Shown here: piece by piece, positions 24,891 to 38,849 of the stretch
How the letters are laid out: every line of letters starts with the position of its first letter
How positions within the stretch are numbered: position 1 is the stretch's first letter
Program-made: the position numbers and the translations under genes
Notes under the pieces: generated by a model
Database searches by the model: none
What the model was told of the DNA's origin: nothing
Seen by the model: only the letters and a program-made list of their open reading frames with translations
Source: Camelus dromedarius
Lineage: Eukaryota
Direction: 5' to 3'
Assembly (NCBI RefSeq): GCF_036321535.1
Contig: NC_087436.1
Span: 65,226,001 to 65,290,000 of the forward strand
Length of the DNA stretch: 64,000 nt

Positions 24891-27800
24891 ATCCAAAAGA
24901 CTTCTCCCAGCTCTGCTTTTCCTTTTGGTCAGAAACATGACTACTGTCAGCTTCTGATCTTCCCTTTTCAGGGATTGAATTACTCCCTTTAGTTCTAGTT
25001 AAAAACAAACAAATGTTGTGGCTTTTCAGATCCAAGCTAGACTCTGCCTTACTTGTGGTTATGCAAATTAATCCACTATTCTTCCAATAAATTCCCGTTA
25101 CTGTCTAAAATACTTTGAATTGGGCTTCTGTCATTTCAATAATCTAATTTTGAATAATACATTTGTAATTTTGAGTGGCATTGCTGTTGTTAAAATCATG
25201 TACAGTTTGTGAAATCTCAAAACAGCATACCCTCCTTTTAAGCTAAATACTTCAGGTAACAATTGCTTTCTTTAGAAATGAATTTACCAACTAAAAAAAA
25301 ACAATGGCAGAAATGTTAAATGATTTACAGTGAACTTCTCACCAGTGTTTGTTCTCGATACTGGATTACTATTTCAACAGTAATACCATATGTATGAAAC
25401 ATCTATTAGGAGCTGTGAGGGAGAAAATGGATGTAAGCTGGGACTCCATACTTTTTAAATACAATTTTAAAAATAGTACATTTTTCAAAAAATCTGCGCA
25501 TTCTATAGAAATGCACAAGAATTCATAGGAATAAATATTATGATAATTGTAATTCTTATAATTTTCCTTATTAATGGTAGATATTAATAGAAAAGCTATG
25601 TTGGAATGTCAACATAAAGAAGAAAATATGTCTAATACTTTTTAAAATGTAAGAAAACCTAATCAAGGGAATGAAAAGTAATCAAGGGCTTGAATAATTG
25701 AAATAGAATCAATTGGAATGAGAAAATGACAAAAATAATAAGTTATAAATCTTAGATAGTAGATTTAACAGAGCCCTGCATTCATTTTGTGTTGGTATAA
25801 AAATGTCTGCACTGAAATAATCGTTTTGTACATATCTTTTCTTCCCCCTCACTCTCTGGATGAATTGAAATCTGGAAGCCAGAGAAAGAATACTGAAATT
25901 ATTCATCTATTTTTAAAATATTTACTTACAGTTATTCCTGTAGGCGGATTCAGTGGCATTCTGTTTATCTTGCCACATGTTTTATCAATTTGATTACTTC
26001 ATAAAAAGGAAAATATGACAAATTTTGTAGGTCCCTCAGGTCTACTTTAAGCTATTTTTTGAAAATCTCTCTACACCACCAATACTAACAGTCAACAATA
26101 TCATTTCTAATATGTTTAGAGGATCAAGTGGGATTAATAAAAAAATTATAGACGCCTTTGAGTGCTGAGAAAACTTGATAGTAACGTACCATCTATTTAT
26201 TCAATTCTTCTTATCTTGACATGCTGAATGTCTGATAAAGAAGTAGATTTTCCACATAATTACATTATAAAATTGGTGTTAGTGTTTGAGTAGACAGAGG
26301 TACATTTCAAGAAATGCCATCTGATACATTTGATAAAACATTCCAGCAAATTTAAGGGAATGGTTGTGTGTATTTAGAAGTTAACACTCACCATGCTGTA
26401 GAACTAAGTATTTGTTTTTTTAATTATATATCTTAATAAGCATTTAACTAAATGTTTTATACCAAATACTAATAACAGGCTACACTGATATCGAATTACA
26501 TTAGTTTATTTAGTTTATAAATAGTGGTGATTTCTCATTTCACTCACTCCCTTTAGTCTTTTTTTTCTAGTTCTCATTTTCAAATATGCTTTCTCTGTGT
26601 CACACCTGCAAACAAAGGACAAACATGCGTATTCCAACCTGCCTACCCTGGTGATTTCTATCAGCTGGTATCATCAGTATATAGAGCTGAAGAGTGAATT
26701 CAAAATTCTGTGCTATTGTGTTTCCTAAATATTTTGTAACCTGTGAAGCTCTTTTTTTAGACGTCTTTGAAGCTACCAGTGAAGTATGAATGGGGCTCCA
26801 GGATCTTTGTCCGCTCAGCTGGTGCTCTCAACCTCTTGACAAACAGAATGCTCTAAGAAAGTTATAAGGAGAGCGTTTCAAAACCAAGAGTTCTAGTAGT
26901 GAGTTGTTTCAGCACTGGGGTTATGTTACCACTGGGTGTTTTAAGGCAATGTCTATCAATATAGAGCATGTGTGTGTGCACTTACCAGAAGCCTACCACA
27001 TTTTCAGGCTTCACATGTGTTCTACCTGACCACTTAAACTCCCACGGTTTGGAGTCTTTTAAAGCAGACCTAGTTTGTTCGAAGAAGTTCTGCTTCTGCA
27101 GACATATGGCTATAACTAGCTAATATAATTAATGGAAATATATTTTGTGTGAAAATATTGCATTTTAGTCCATGTGTATGGGAGAAGGCTCCCATAGAAG
27201 TATAATCAGTTTCTAGAAATATTATGTTCATTCATCATTCCCAATGAAGGTCCTCTACTATGTGATGAAAAGGGAATTTTTCCAGAAATGAGTCTGACAT
27301 GTTTAAGAGAAAGTGGGGGGAAAAAGACTTTAATGTTAATTTTATAGCCATGTAAATTTACTTAGTGGTCTCTTCTGTATCAAAAATGTTTCCAGCAAAT
27401 TAGGAATCCCACTGCATCTTAAGAAAATTTGATATTAAAACCTTTGACCATAGAACAGGTGAAGAAGGGGAGTATTTTATTGGAGAGTATGATTTTTTAA
27501 AACAAAAGAATTGTTTTAGGGTTCTTTAAATAGTAAGTTTACCTATGACCTTTATACATTAAAATGTATCTAATAGAGGAGAGATTTTGCGTACAACTTT
27601 TAGATAGAAAAGATAAAAATGTGGTTCAAGTTAATTGCTCTTAAAAATGAGCTCTTTAAAATTACTTTTCTTAGTAACCTTAAGTAGCTTCAGTGTCATA
27701 CATCTTGCCTTCTCATGGAATCACTCTTTAAAAAAAATGATACCTTGATTTTCCTGTATATTAAATCATAATCAAATAATTATGATTTCTCATAAAAAAT

Positions 27801-28070
27801 CAAAGTATGAAAATACAAAGAAATAATTTAAAAGTGAATAAAATAAGAGTAGATATTCTAAGTATTACCTTCCCAGGTCACGTATGTCAACGTCCTGATC
27901 CATAAATTGGATGCATGTGCTTCTTTGTCTTTAGGAATATAAAAATCCAATGAATTGACCCTTTTCGAAGAATTCCTCTGCCTCTGACATGCTGCCTCAC
28001 ATAGATTATAATTTACATAATTACTAGCTTCATCCCCTTCAAAGACAGAGATGAGAGAAATTACTTGCAT

Positions 28071-29050
28071 ATTTCATTCAATTATTCGCTACCTACTAAT
28101 TGCTAGACATTGCTTTGAATGCTGTGGTTTAAGAAATTAGCAGATAAATAATCTTCCCTCAAGGAGCTTATAGGGGCAGAAAGAAATGGTATACATACAA
28201 AATAGGTAAATAATTCATTATATCAGAAAAGACTTACTTAGGAAGGTAAAGCAACAAGGAGGACAGGGAATGAGGGTTAAGCCTGGAAGTTACAATGTTG
28301 GGTAGGATGACTTGTGTGGACTCTACTAAGAAAGTAATATTAAAACAAACACTTGAAAGAGGGGAGGGAATAGATGATTAAATATCTGGGAGGATGAGGA
28401 TGAGGCAATGTGTATCTGGTTATTGAAGAAATAAGAGGTTTGGATGGCTGGATCACCATAAACAATTGTCAGAGTAGTAGGGGATGCTGTTACAGAAGTA
28501 AAGGAGTTTATTTGGATAGTTTTTACTTTGAGAAAAGTGAATTGCTAAGGGGTGTTCTGATTCAAAGAGTGCTTTAATACACTTTGAATTTATAAAGTAC
28601 TATTTTGGTTGATGTGCTGACATAGATCAGTGACATCAGTTAGGAGACTATTGCAATATTCCAGGAGAGAGATAATGGGAACTTGCACAAGGGTTATAAT
28701 AGTGAAAATAGTGAGAAATGGTTAGAATGCAGATACCGATTCACAATGAGACAATAAGAATTGCTCATAGATTGGATATGGAGGGTGAGACAAGGAAGAG
28801 AAGGGTAAGTGTATTCTTCGAGACTGAGAAACCAGAAGAATGCAACTGTCGTTGACTGTGATGAAGAAGGTCCAGGTGAAGAAGGATTGGGGAAGGGAGA
28901 ACAGGTCCAGTATGTTTCCATGTGGCCAGGTCAGTATTCTTATATGGTAGAACAGGGTTAAAGATGTGGTTGCACCAGGGGAGATATATTTGCAAATGAA
29001 CAGAGTAAAATTGGAATTCATGGTTATAATATCCATATTTTTATTAGTTT
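28071..29050 (-). mobile_element. L2 LINE fragment including 3' end
   Basis: ttcattcaattattcgctacctac, cttccctcaaggagctta, cagttaggagactattgcaatattccaggagagagataatgg, gattggatatggagggtgag. Confidence 0.8.
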
Positions 29051-29689
29051 GACATTGAGAGAAAAATTTCATAAAATTGTGACCCAAAGATTTTGACGTA
29101 TATATTTAAATTTGAAAGAAAACTCAGAAATCACAAGATAGAGGCTTATAATATTGATACTTCGGTATAAGAATTTTAACTCTAAAAAGTTATTCTACCT
29201 TAATAACCTCATATTTGTATAACATCTTTTATATATAAATGATTATGATTGCACTACATTATCAAAGTGGATAGCTTATTCCCTTGAAAGGTTTACTTTT
29301 AGAAACAAAAAGACTAATTTATCTTAGACTAAATTAGTTAACAAACAAAAAATTTCTTTAGGGTACCAGTGTTTGAAGGTACTTTAGCAATACTTTAAAA
29401 TCACAAGCATATTCCTTCTGAATAACATATACTAAGTTTCAAAATTAATGGGGTATATTTGTTTTCATTAAATTCAAATATTGATTTATATTAAAATCCT
29501 TATTGATAAATTGTATCAGAATTGAGATGGAATTCAGAACACTTCTTGGAACCATGGGTGCTCAATAAATGGTGCTCAGTTGCTGTTTTTTTTATATTAT
29601 TTGTAGTGTCAGTGTTCATATTTAATACTGACCTTATTCTTTCCCTGATAGCTCTTGAACCATTAAATACTAACTATGCTCAATAATAA

Positions 29690-29880
29690 CAGCATTAATA
29701 AGAGTGACACCAAAATTCGAGCATATATCAGGAACCTAGCACTTCATCAGATGTTTTATATTCAGCAATTTATGTAATCCACAAAACAAATATAAAACCT
29801 AATTTATTAGCACTTTAAAAATTTAGATGCTAAAGCCTATACATGTTAGGTGATTTGTAAAAAGTTGAATAGCAAAAATT
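29690..29880 (-). mobile_element. MIR SINE (degenerate)
   Basis: atttatgtaatccacaaaacaa...atgttaggtgatttgtaaaaagtt. Confidence 0.5.
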
Positions 29881-32824
29881 TTTAAAAGTATCCAAGGCTT
29901 ATGCTCCTTCCACTACCACGCTGTCTTGTAAAATTATTTTTAGCACAACTTTTAAACATGCTTTTTATGTGCACATATTTTTTATATACACAACTTAAAG
30001 AATTTATTGTGTAATTCATACTGTTGCTTTTGTATTTACATGTTGAACATACACACACACAAATACACATGCAATGTAAATCTCCTTGAGAGTATTATAT
30101 CTTTTAAATGGATTATACTCCTATTGTATATCTTAGAGAATCCTAGGCATAATGTTCGCATTACATAAGTATTTGTTCAGTTTAAATGGGGAAAAAGGCT
30201 ATTCTTAAAAAATACGTAAAAACCAAAGTAAATCTTTGAATTACACAATGTAACATATATATATATATATACCCACATACATTTGTATATATGCACATAT
30301 GTACATATGTATAAACACATACAATATGTGTATATACGTGTGTATAGATTTTAAGGTATCGAAGATATGGAGTGAACCAAAAGAGTTACATGACTATTGG
30401 AACTGGGTTGGGGGAATGACTATTAAACAAGTTTAAATAAATTATGTACAAACAGCATGTTTCAATTAATTTGGGACATTTTAGTCTATACATTATGCAC
30501 TCTCTTCTGACTGTCTCAAATAAAATATAGAATACTACAAGTTTAAATGTGTACTACATGCTTAATCTTTTTTTCCTGGCTAATTTATCTCATGTTAAAC
30601 ACAATAAGGACTGTCCCTAAGGTGATGAAGAAGAAACAAAGAGTAAAAGTTATTTCTTATCACCAGCATTATTTTAGAGCTAAAATAGAACCCCTGGATG
30701 AGTTGTAAGGGTGGGTTACGCAGAAGGGCATATAGAACATGATTTCTGTGTGTTCCTGTGGTAGTAAAACAGTAGACAATTTTTCGCCTCTCTGTTTCTG
30801 GAGATTGACAAGTGCCAGGGAAACTGTGTATCACTGTGTGGAATTAACAATACTTTGTAATGATGATAGTCAGTGTAGTGAAAATTAGTTTTATATAAAC
30901 ATATTCCAGTTAATGTTAGTTACAAGAAGTCACACAGGTGCAAAGGACATAAGGGAGCCAGTTCTAAGCCAGAATTAAAAATCTGAGAATTCTATAATCT
31001 CACAATAATTTCTTTTTAATTTGAATTTTAGGTAGAAGAGAAAATATGATAGATTATTCCTTATATTTAGATGTCTAGAATATCTTTTCCACTTTTTTTC
31101 TTTAATACTTTGATTGCTACTCATCATCAGATTTTGGGTGGCAGTTTTCTAATATACAGAATAGAAATGGCTCTGAGGATGATTTAAATTGATTTACAAT
31201 ATGGATTTGTTCAAGAATTGCTAGATTTATTTCTACTCTCAAGGTAGAACACATCTTACCAATAATAATAATGTAGTGTTTTTAGATTTATTTAGAATAA
31301 TACTTTATATCTGGACAACTTATTCATAATATTAATATTTAATAGAGATTGAATATTTCTGTTATCTGATGAATGTCAGCCCATTTTCCTATGACATTTT
31401 TGAAGTATATCTTATTAGGTATATCTAAAATCAAATAGAATGCTTGTATATCTTAGTCTCTCTTTGTGCTATATAGAACTAATTTTTAATGCAGAGTTGT
31501 AAGTGGTATTATGAAAAATTTACTAACCATCTATAGGAGTTCATAGTCCTAGGGTGGGTCTGGAGATTAAAATGCTTATAGAAAATGAAAAAAGTTAGAT
31601 GTTTCAGTGTTTTTTCTTTGTTTTGTATTACTGTAGGTACAGTTAAAAAAACATTTATTAGCAAGTTAATTTAATTTTGACAGATTTTTAAAAAAATTTT
31701 GAATATCTCTATTTTAATTTTTTTGCAAGTGTGATTATTAGACTTCCTAATGAGTTTTTTTCAGGTTAGGAGAATATGTTACAGAGCAATGACTCGACAC
31801 TAAATAGAAAATTTTGAAAAGTAAAACACTAAAACTGAAAAGTTTAATCCAGATACCATGGTTTAGGCAAAGATCGTGAGAAACTTCCTCTCGGGTAGGG
31901 AAAGGAGCCCCCCCTCATTTAAAAACTTAATAGTTTGCCTCATTTCAAAAGCTTGTATTAATTTCTTGACTTCCTAGGACCCTTATTATTTGCTTAGGTA
32001 GAAAATACTATATGGAGTTACAGATTCTACTTGTTTTATGACTTTTTCATTCAGATCTACATAGTATAACAGTTAATCAAATAACAAAGATGGGACTTTC
32101 ATAAATTTTTTTGACAGTATTTAATGGCTAATTTGTAGAGAAAATGCTTTCTTCCTAAGATAGCCATGATTAGAACCATATTTGAATGGTTAATTTTGTA
32201 ATGCAACTAAATTGGGAAGGTTAGACAGTGAATTATATATTGGATACTACTTTATATATTTGATGGATCAAATGTATATTGTCTTAAGTTTATTCTCTGT
32301 GGTCTCAGGTTTATAGCTTCCAAAACTTTTGGAAATTAAAAAGATTTCATATCAATACATTTATGAAATTATTTCTAATAGCCTTTCAGTTATAAAATAG
32401 GCTTTCTTGGGACATACTGATTCTCTACTATTATAGATGTTCTAACATAAACTTCGGTAGGATTTTTTTAGAAAAAAAGTAACAGTATAATGTCAGATGT
32501 ACGCTTAGATTAGATTTCCTTTAAAATCAGTCCAAATACTTAGATTTTTTTTTTTCACTGGCTGAGGAAAACTGTTCAGAGTGAAATTCAATTTTCCCAA
32601 ATAACAGTGATGATTGAATTTTACACATGCTTATTTTTACTATTCTAAATTATTTTAAATATTTACTGTGATAAATAATTTTCACTTTATTTCATTAGTT
32701 CAGTAAATGAGAATAACTCTGTTATGACATTAAATTCATCTTTTCATACATTATATAGCTGTAATGATATTGTATGGTCAACATCAAAGTTCTATTTTTT
32801 TTATTTTACTTCTATCTGTTAAAG

Positions 32825-32863
32825 AGAATTAGAAGACCAAGTGGTTTGTGTTAAAGCCAGTTC
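32825..32863 (+). other. Candidate 39-nt symmetric (phase 2-2) microexon, unassigned gene; open frame ELEDQVVCVKAS
   Basis: Long pyrimidine tract ttctattttttttattttacttctatctgttaaag, then 39 nt, then ttc|gtaaga; only one frame open; peptide not recognised. Confidence 0.35.
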
Positions 32864-33823
32864 GTAAGAATGCTTATGTGTTCCTTATTTAATTTAATCA
32901 TTTTCTTTCAGTGACCATGTAGAGCCATGTTAAACTGAAATGTTATTAAAGTGAAGTGCTCTGATATTTAGAATACACGATGGGGGTATGGGGAGTGTTA
33001 ATTACCACAGAGTAAAGACATGGACTATGACATTTAAATGCAATGCTCTTTTCTTGTAAAGTCAGTGATAAAAAACCTAGAGATACAATCTCCCAAAGTG
33101 GTCCACAAATCAACTTATCAGCTAAGTAGCATAATTTATTTTGACTGCACTTGCAGGGAGAATGCAAATTTCAAAGCAAGCATACTTTTCTAAGGCAACA
33201 TTCATGGATTGTTGCCTTTTGCCCAATATGATAGATGTTGTAATAATCAGCTAAATAGCAAAGAAGTGAGAAGACCAAAGCACTTACAATCGTTTTATTA
33301 TGAGAACCAATTTAATAGGCATAGGATACAATTTTGCAAATAAACTTTTATACTAAGGATGTAATTAATATTATAAATAAAATAGTTTGGATGTATTTGA
33401 ATATATGCTTTCCAAAATGTGTAATGCTATAAAATGTGAGCTGTGTTGTGTAGTCAGGGGATTTGAGGCCTCTGAGAAGACATTCTAAGTGTTATTATGT
33501 TGATCTTTGGCCAAGTTGTGGAGATGCTAGGACTATCTGTACCAGTATCAGAAAATAATGAACACTTTGTGAAATGATTTAGCAGTGATAGAAAGTATGT
33601 TGACCTGTTATTATCTTAACAAGCTCAACAGTTCTACACTGTCTTCAAAGATGATGATTTAACATTAAGAGCATATATGAATTTCTTAAGATATTTTAAT
33701 AGTAATAATATGCAGTCTTTTAGAACTATGAATGCTGGTAACTGCGCATTTCAGAGCTGTATTGTTCTAATCAGAGTAAGAAACATGGTGAGTTATCAAG
33801 GATGAGGAGGGACCCAGCAAAGT

Positions 33824-33846
33824 AAAAAAAAAAAAAAAAAAAAAAA
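33824..33846. repeat. Poly(A) mononucleotide run (~23 nt)
   Basis: Seen directly; flanked by aaagta on the left and aagtag on the right. Confidence 0.9.
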
Positions 33847-35683
33847 GTAGAGCTAATGTGTGAATTTCCTAAACTGGAAGAAGAGCGAGGGAGAGAAAGA
33901 GAAAAGGAGAGACAAGGAAGAATTCTCTAAATGTGAAAATGTAAAATGGGACAAGCTAGCATGTTTATGTATTTAGGGGAAATACTTAATATCAGGAATG
34001 ACTGTGATTCCCATAATAACTGGAATTAGAGTTAAATACTGAAGGAAAAAATGACTAATCCTTTAGGAATTCCAAGTAATGCAACCATTCAATCTCAGTC
34101 CTTCTGAGTATCTTCCTCAAATAAACCACCTCAAAATATATGAATCAGGGCCAAGTCTCAGTGGAGTATGGCAGGAATTCACATAAACAAGTAACATCTG
34201 AATGAGTTTATGTCAGAGTGAGGATTTTATAAATTCTGTACATAAAACAAACTTAAGAAAAATCAGTCTTACATGTAATGCTCTAAGACAGTCAGACGAA
34301 TTTCATGAGATTAGGATTCAGCTGGATATACACAGAGCCAGAAAAATATTTGGGATGTTGTTTATGTCTCTTTTTACTTTTGCATTCTTCATTATGATAT
34401 ATTGCCTTTTTTATACTTGGCCTAAGCCAGATTATTTTCAGAAGGTTCCTTTTGGTATACCTTCCAGAGATGAGACAATGCACAAAATATTTATTTTTTA
34501 GTAGTAACAGAAAGATAATTGAGCGAAAAATGAGAGGAACAAGCAGCTAACCCTGTTCCTATTGATGGTGTCTTTTAAGAAAATAATGTGGGAAAATAGC
34601 CTATGAAAGAAAATTTTCTCACACATATGACTTCAAAATTTGGCAATGAAACTCCATTGGCTAAAGTGTGTAGAATGTAAAATAAAATAAAATACACTTT
34701 CAGGAAAAATGGTAGGATTCAAAATAAAGAAATAAATTGAAGAAAGGGTTTTATAAAGTACATACTCTTTTTTAGTGTTACTTTCACAATGTTTTTTGAG
34801 TTTTATAGGAATTTTGTACATAGAAAACTAATATCACTATGCTCTTCAACCTCAGTTGAAATAAGGAATCATTATTTATATTCTTATTATGAAATTATAT
34901 TCTATAATCTTTTTGAAGTCCTGTGGGACTTAATTCTTCTGAAGGATTTATATGACCCTGGAATATAGCCTGTAGAAAAAAAATCATCTTAGACTGTTAC
35001 TTAGAACTTAGTGCCAGCTCTGAACAAAACTATGCCACTGATCAAGTTTATCTTTGGTGTACAAACTCCTTCCATTTGAAACATCTTCCTTTTCTTTGGT
35101 GACAATTCCCCTGCTCATTCCTCTGACCCACATACTTGACATTTTCTCATCTGTCAAACACAACTTACAGAAAAGGAAATCTGTGCTATCACCACTTTCA
35201 AAACTTTGATCAAGCACCTCCAGACATAGAATAAACTCCATGATGGTGGTGGTGATGTTGACTTTTGAAGTCTTTCCAGATCCGATCACATTTTATATCC
35301 TAATTTCTCCTACAACCCACTCAGCTCTGTACCTAATTTTAACACGTTCTGTCAATGATTGGACCTAGTATTAAATTAACATTATTCTCTAGAGTGATAC
35401 TCCTTTCACTTGACTTGTCAATGTGTTTTCCAGTTTTTAGTAGTAAGGGGGGAAAAAAGCCAGTATTAAATTACATGTTCTCTCACTCTTATTTTTGTGC
35501 TGTTTCCCTCCCTCTTTCGCTTGAGTGCTGGAAGTTTTTTTATGAACAATTTTGTTTTACCATATTTGTTTTCAGTCTGTCTAATATTTTTCCTATGGTT
35601 TCATTTGTTAGCTAGCTAGCAATTTGAAGGTGTGGGCTATTATTTGTCCTTTATAACTTACCCATAGCAAGAAATACAATATG

Positions 35684-36150
35684 TGTATTAGTTATTGAGT
35701 GCCACACAACAGATTACCATACATTTAGCAGGTTAAAAAACACATTATTTCACAGTTTCTGTGGGTCATAAAACCAGGCATGGTTTACCTGGGTCCTCTG
35801 TTTCTGAGTCTCTCAAGAGGCTGCAATCAGCCAGGGATTGAGTCTCATTTGAAAGCTTGCCTAAGAAAAGATTCACCCCCAAGCACCTTTGGTTGTTGGG
35901 AGGGTTTAGTTCTTTTCCTGTCATTGGACTGAGGGCTTCAGTCTCTGGTTATTAGCAGGAAGCCCTCAGAGGAGGAGGCCTTTGCTAACAAAATTTACAG
36001 TCTCTTGTAGTCTAACCAAAGAGGAGAGACATCGCCTCAAGGTTGAGGTGTTCTATTGCTTAGAAACCAGTTGCTGAAGAAGGAGGGACTTAGACACCAA
36101 TCTGTAAGGGCAGGGGTGGCACTGGGAGCCACCTTGGAAATTCCCGGTCA
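35684..36150 (-). mobile_element. MaLR solo LTR (MLT1E/F-like)
   Basis: tgtattagttattgagtgccacacaacagattaccatacatttagcaggttaaaa...cacagtttctgtgggtca...ctgggagccaccttgga. Confidence 0.85.
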
Positions 36151-36664
36151 TGGTATTTGCTAAGTTTAATATCAATCATTTACAATTTATTTTGCCCTAA
36201 ATCCTTCCTGCTGCTTTAAATAATATTTGTGTATTCTACATTTCTTTAATTGAGTTCCTATTTGAGACATTCAAAGCACAGAAAAAACAGATGTTAGAAC
36301 TTGATAGGTGGGAGTACCTTCTTTAACTCTGCAGCAAGCATTGGTTTAATCAGTTAACGTACCACTCCAGTTCTGCTTTGTCTCATTAATTTTTCTTTAC
36401 TATTTAAAAATAATTTGAAGATACTTTATAAGTGAAACACTAGATTTTTAAATAAACAATTTCACCTTTAATGGAAAATTTTGATTTCCAGACTTTTCCC
36501 ATTGTTTATGCTTTTCTTGGACACAGTTCTTGAGTCACTGAGACATGTTATGAGCCTTTCCAATTTGTAAGACATCTAGATAACTTACCAGTTATCCAAG
36601 CTTAGCTTAGGGGATAAACAAAACGCAACCACCCCCCTACCAAAAAACCCCGTAATTGGTCCTT

Positions 36665-37150
36665 AATCCCAATCTTATTCCCCAGAAACAAACCATGAGA
36701 TCAAGGTTCACATGCAAGTAATTTATTAAGAAGATATTCCCAGAAGAAGAAGGATAAGGAACTAAATCATTACAGGGAAGGAGAAGAATCCAAGTAAAAT
36801 GCAATTACAGGCAAAGATCCAGTCTCAGCCCATGCCAGGGGTTATCTGTGTGTAAATTATGCTTCAGAAATGGATCCAACTGAAAGCAAAGTCATTCGGG
36901 CTTCAGTACTTCCGAACCAATTATATATTGCTTAAGGGGCACCCCCAGAGATGTAACTCCCAGGCACTTCAGTTGTCTGCAGGTGGGGCAAATTGGTTTC
37001 TGCAGTCTGAGAACAGCTTCCCAAAGAAAATCATAGCTCTATTTAAATGAACAAACAAATAAAAAACAAACAAACAAGAAAAGGGGGAAGGGCACAGGAA
37101 TATAGTAGATGGGATCAGAGGGGTGGGGGCGGGGCACCAACAGTTGGATA
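36665..37150 (-). mobile_element. ERVL-class LTR fragment (LTR16/LTR41-like)
   Basis: ttccccagaaacaaaccatgagatcaaggttcacatgcaagtaatttattaag...ggggcaccaacag resembles old ERVL LTRs in reverse. Confidence 0.55.
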
Positions 37151-38849
37151 GAAACTGATTAGTTATGACTTAAACTTGACAATCACACTGTTACTAATTA
37201 AATTTTGACTAATTTAAGTCTTCCCTGTTTTCTCCTTCCAGTCTTCTTTCTTTGTATTTTAATCTAAACATACCTCTCTTTATTCCACTAATCTTAGTTC
37301 CTCTTCTCAAATCTTAGCTTTAACTGGAAATCATCCTCTAGAAAGTACTCCTCCCTTAGAAGAAAGTTCATCTTTTTTCACTTGTCCTTTTCCCATTCTC
37401 TGTCCTCTACCAACCTCACAAGTGACACCAAAGTCCAATGAAAAGCGGCAGAAATGTGTCCTTGTCCCAGTTTACCTTTAAAGCATCACAATGTAATCTT
37501 CATTCATTACATCTAAAAAATACATGTCATTTAATGCCTGTGGCACCAGACTGCAGACCACTTTTTATTGTCCTCTGATGATAATCAGCCTGACACTTAA
37601 ATCCTGTTTCACTTTATTCCTATTTCTCCCATCTCTACTATTAACTTTGACAACCTAAATACTACTCTCCATCACACAATCACAAGAAGCTGTCCACAGC
37701 CACCATTATATCCAGAAAGCTTTGTTATCACAGGTAATACTTGGGATTATTTAATCAATGTGTACCTTTATTATTTAAAGCATATGTTGGATATGATTAC
37801 TGTTCTGACAGTTAAGATTTTAGAAGACTTGTAGAATCTTCTTACCCTTTTCCCTGTATCTTGAGTCAACTGATTCTAGGACACAACCTTAGAAGTTTTA
37901 GAAATTTGAGTGCATGAATGAAAACTAAAGAGCCACAACATTTTAATTAATGCTTATCTTTTATTTGTGAGGATCCCACAGAAAGAGGGAACATTTATTT
38001 CCAAAAAGGGACATGTACATGTCTTATGATTCCAACAAAAATCACAGTATATCCAGGCTTCAACTAGGCAAGAAATAGAAGGTAGCTTCAGATGGTAAAA
38101 GGCAGTTGCAGGCAGTCATGAATCTTCCCAGAGGACCTGTACCTTGATGTGACGTATCTATCCTTGGTGTCCAATTGTTAAAAAATAAAAAGTCAAAACC
38201 TTATTGGACATTTAGAAGTGCCTTGCTATATTTGGGTGATCTTTCCCTGTCCACAGTTCAATCCATCTTTTCCCACCAGCACAGCTTTACTCAGATTCTA
38301 TTATATGTATTATTTCTCCACATAATTTCTGCTTTATTATAACGATTATACTGTTTTCCTGACAAAAGGAAATACCAAGTCTTCCAGTAAAAGGGAATTG
38401 AGTCCCATGAGCATTTGTCCTCTACCTGCTGGAAAGGGTCTTGTACTTTAATAAATAAATCAGTGAATCAATAACAAATCAATAAGTAAATGGAAATAAC
38501 AATACTATTTTCAAGGATCACGTTCATCTATTTCTCCTCTTTCTCTTGGAACACAAAAGAATTGCATAGCTTTCCTTCCTTAAATTTAGGTAAGATTTTT
38601 GATCAAGTGTTTAGGAACAGGATTCTGTTTTTCTCATAAATTTACTGCTATGCTATATATATTTATCAACTCTTTTCATCACAAGTATATTGTATCATTA
38701 AGTGTGTGTGTGTGTACTCACTGTATTTTTAAAGAAACATTTAGAGTAGTGACATGTTGAAGCAGATGACAGGAAACAGCAGCAACAAAATCTATGAAAA
38801 TTGTTGGCTTTAGCTACTGCAAAAATGTTACTGTTTTTATACTCCCATT

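Noticed and set aside
33620..33805. About 60-codon stop-free stretch ending near ATG|gtgagt
   Set aside because: No convincing acceptor and no recognisable protein; expected by chance
34202..34501. 99-aa ORF with a hydrophobic, membrane-like stretch
   Set aside because: Hydrophobicity comes from T-rich low-complexity DNA; no homology recognised
35008..35289. Minus-strand 93-aa ORF as a processed pseudogene
   Set aside because: No parent gene recognised; the plus strand resembles a decayed L2
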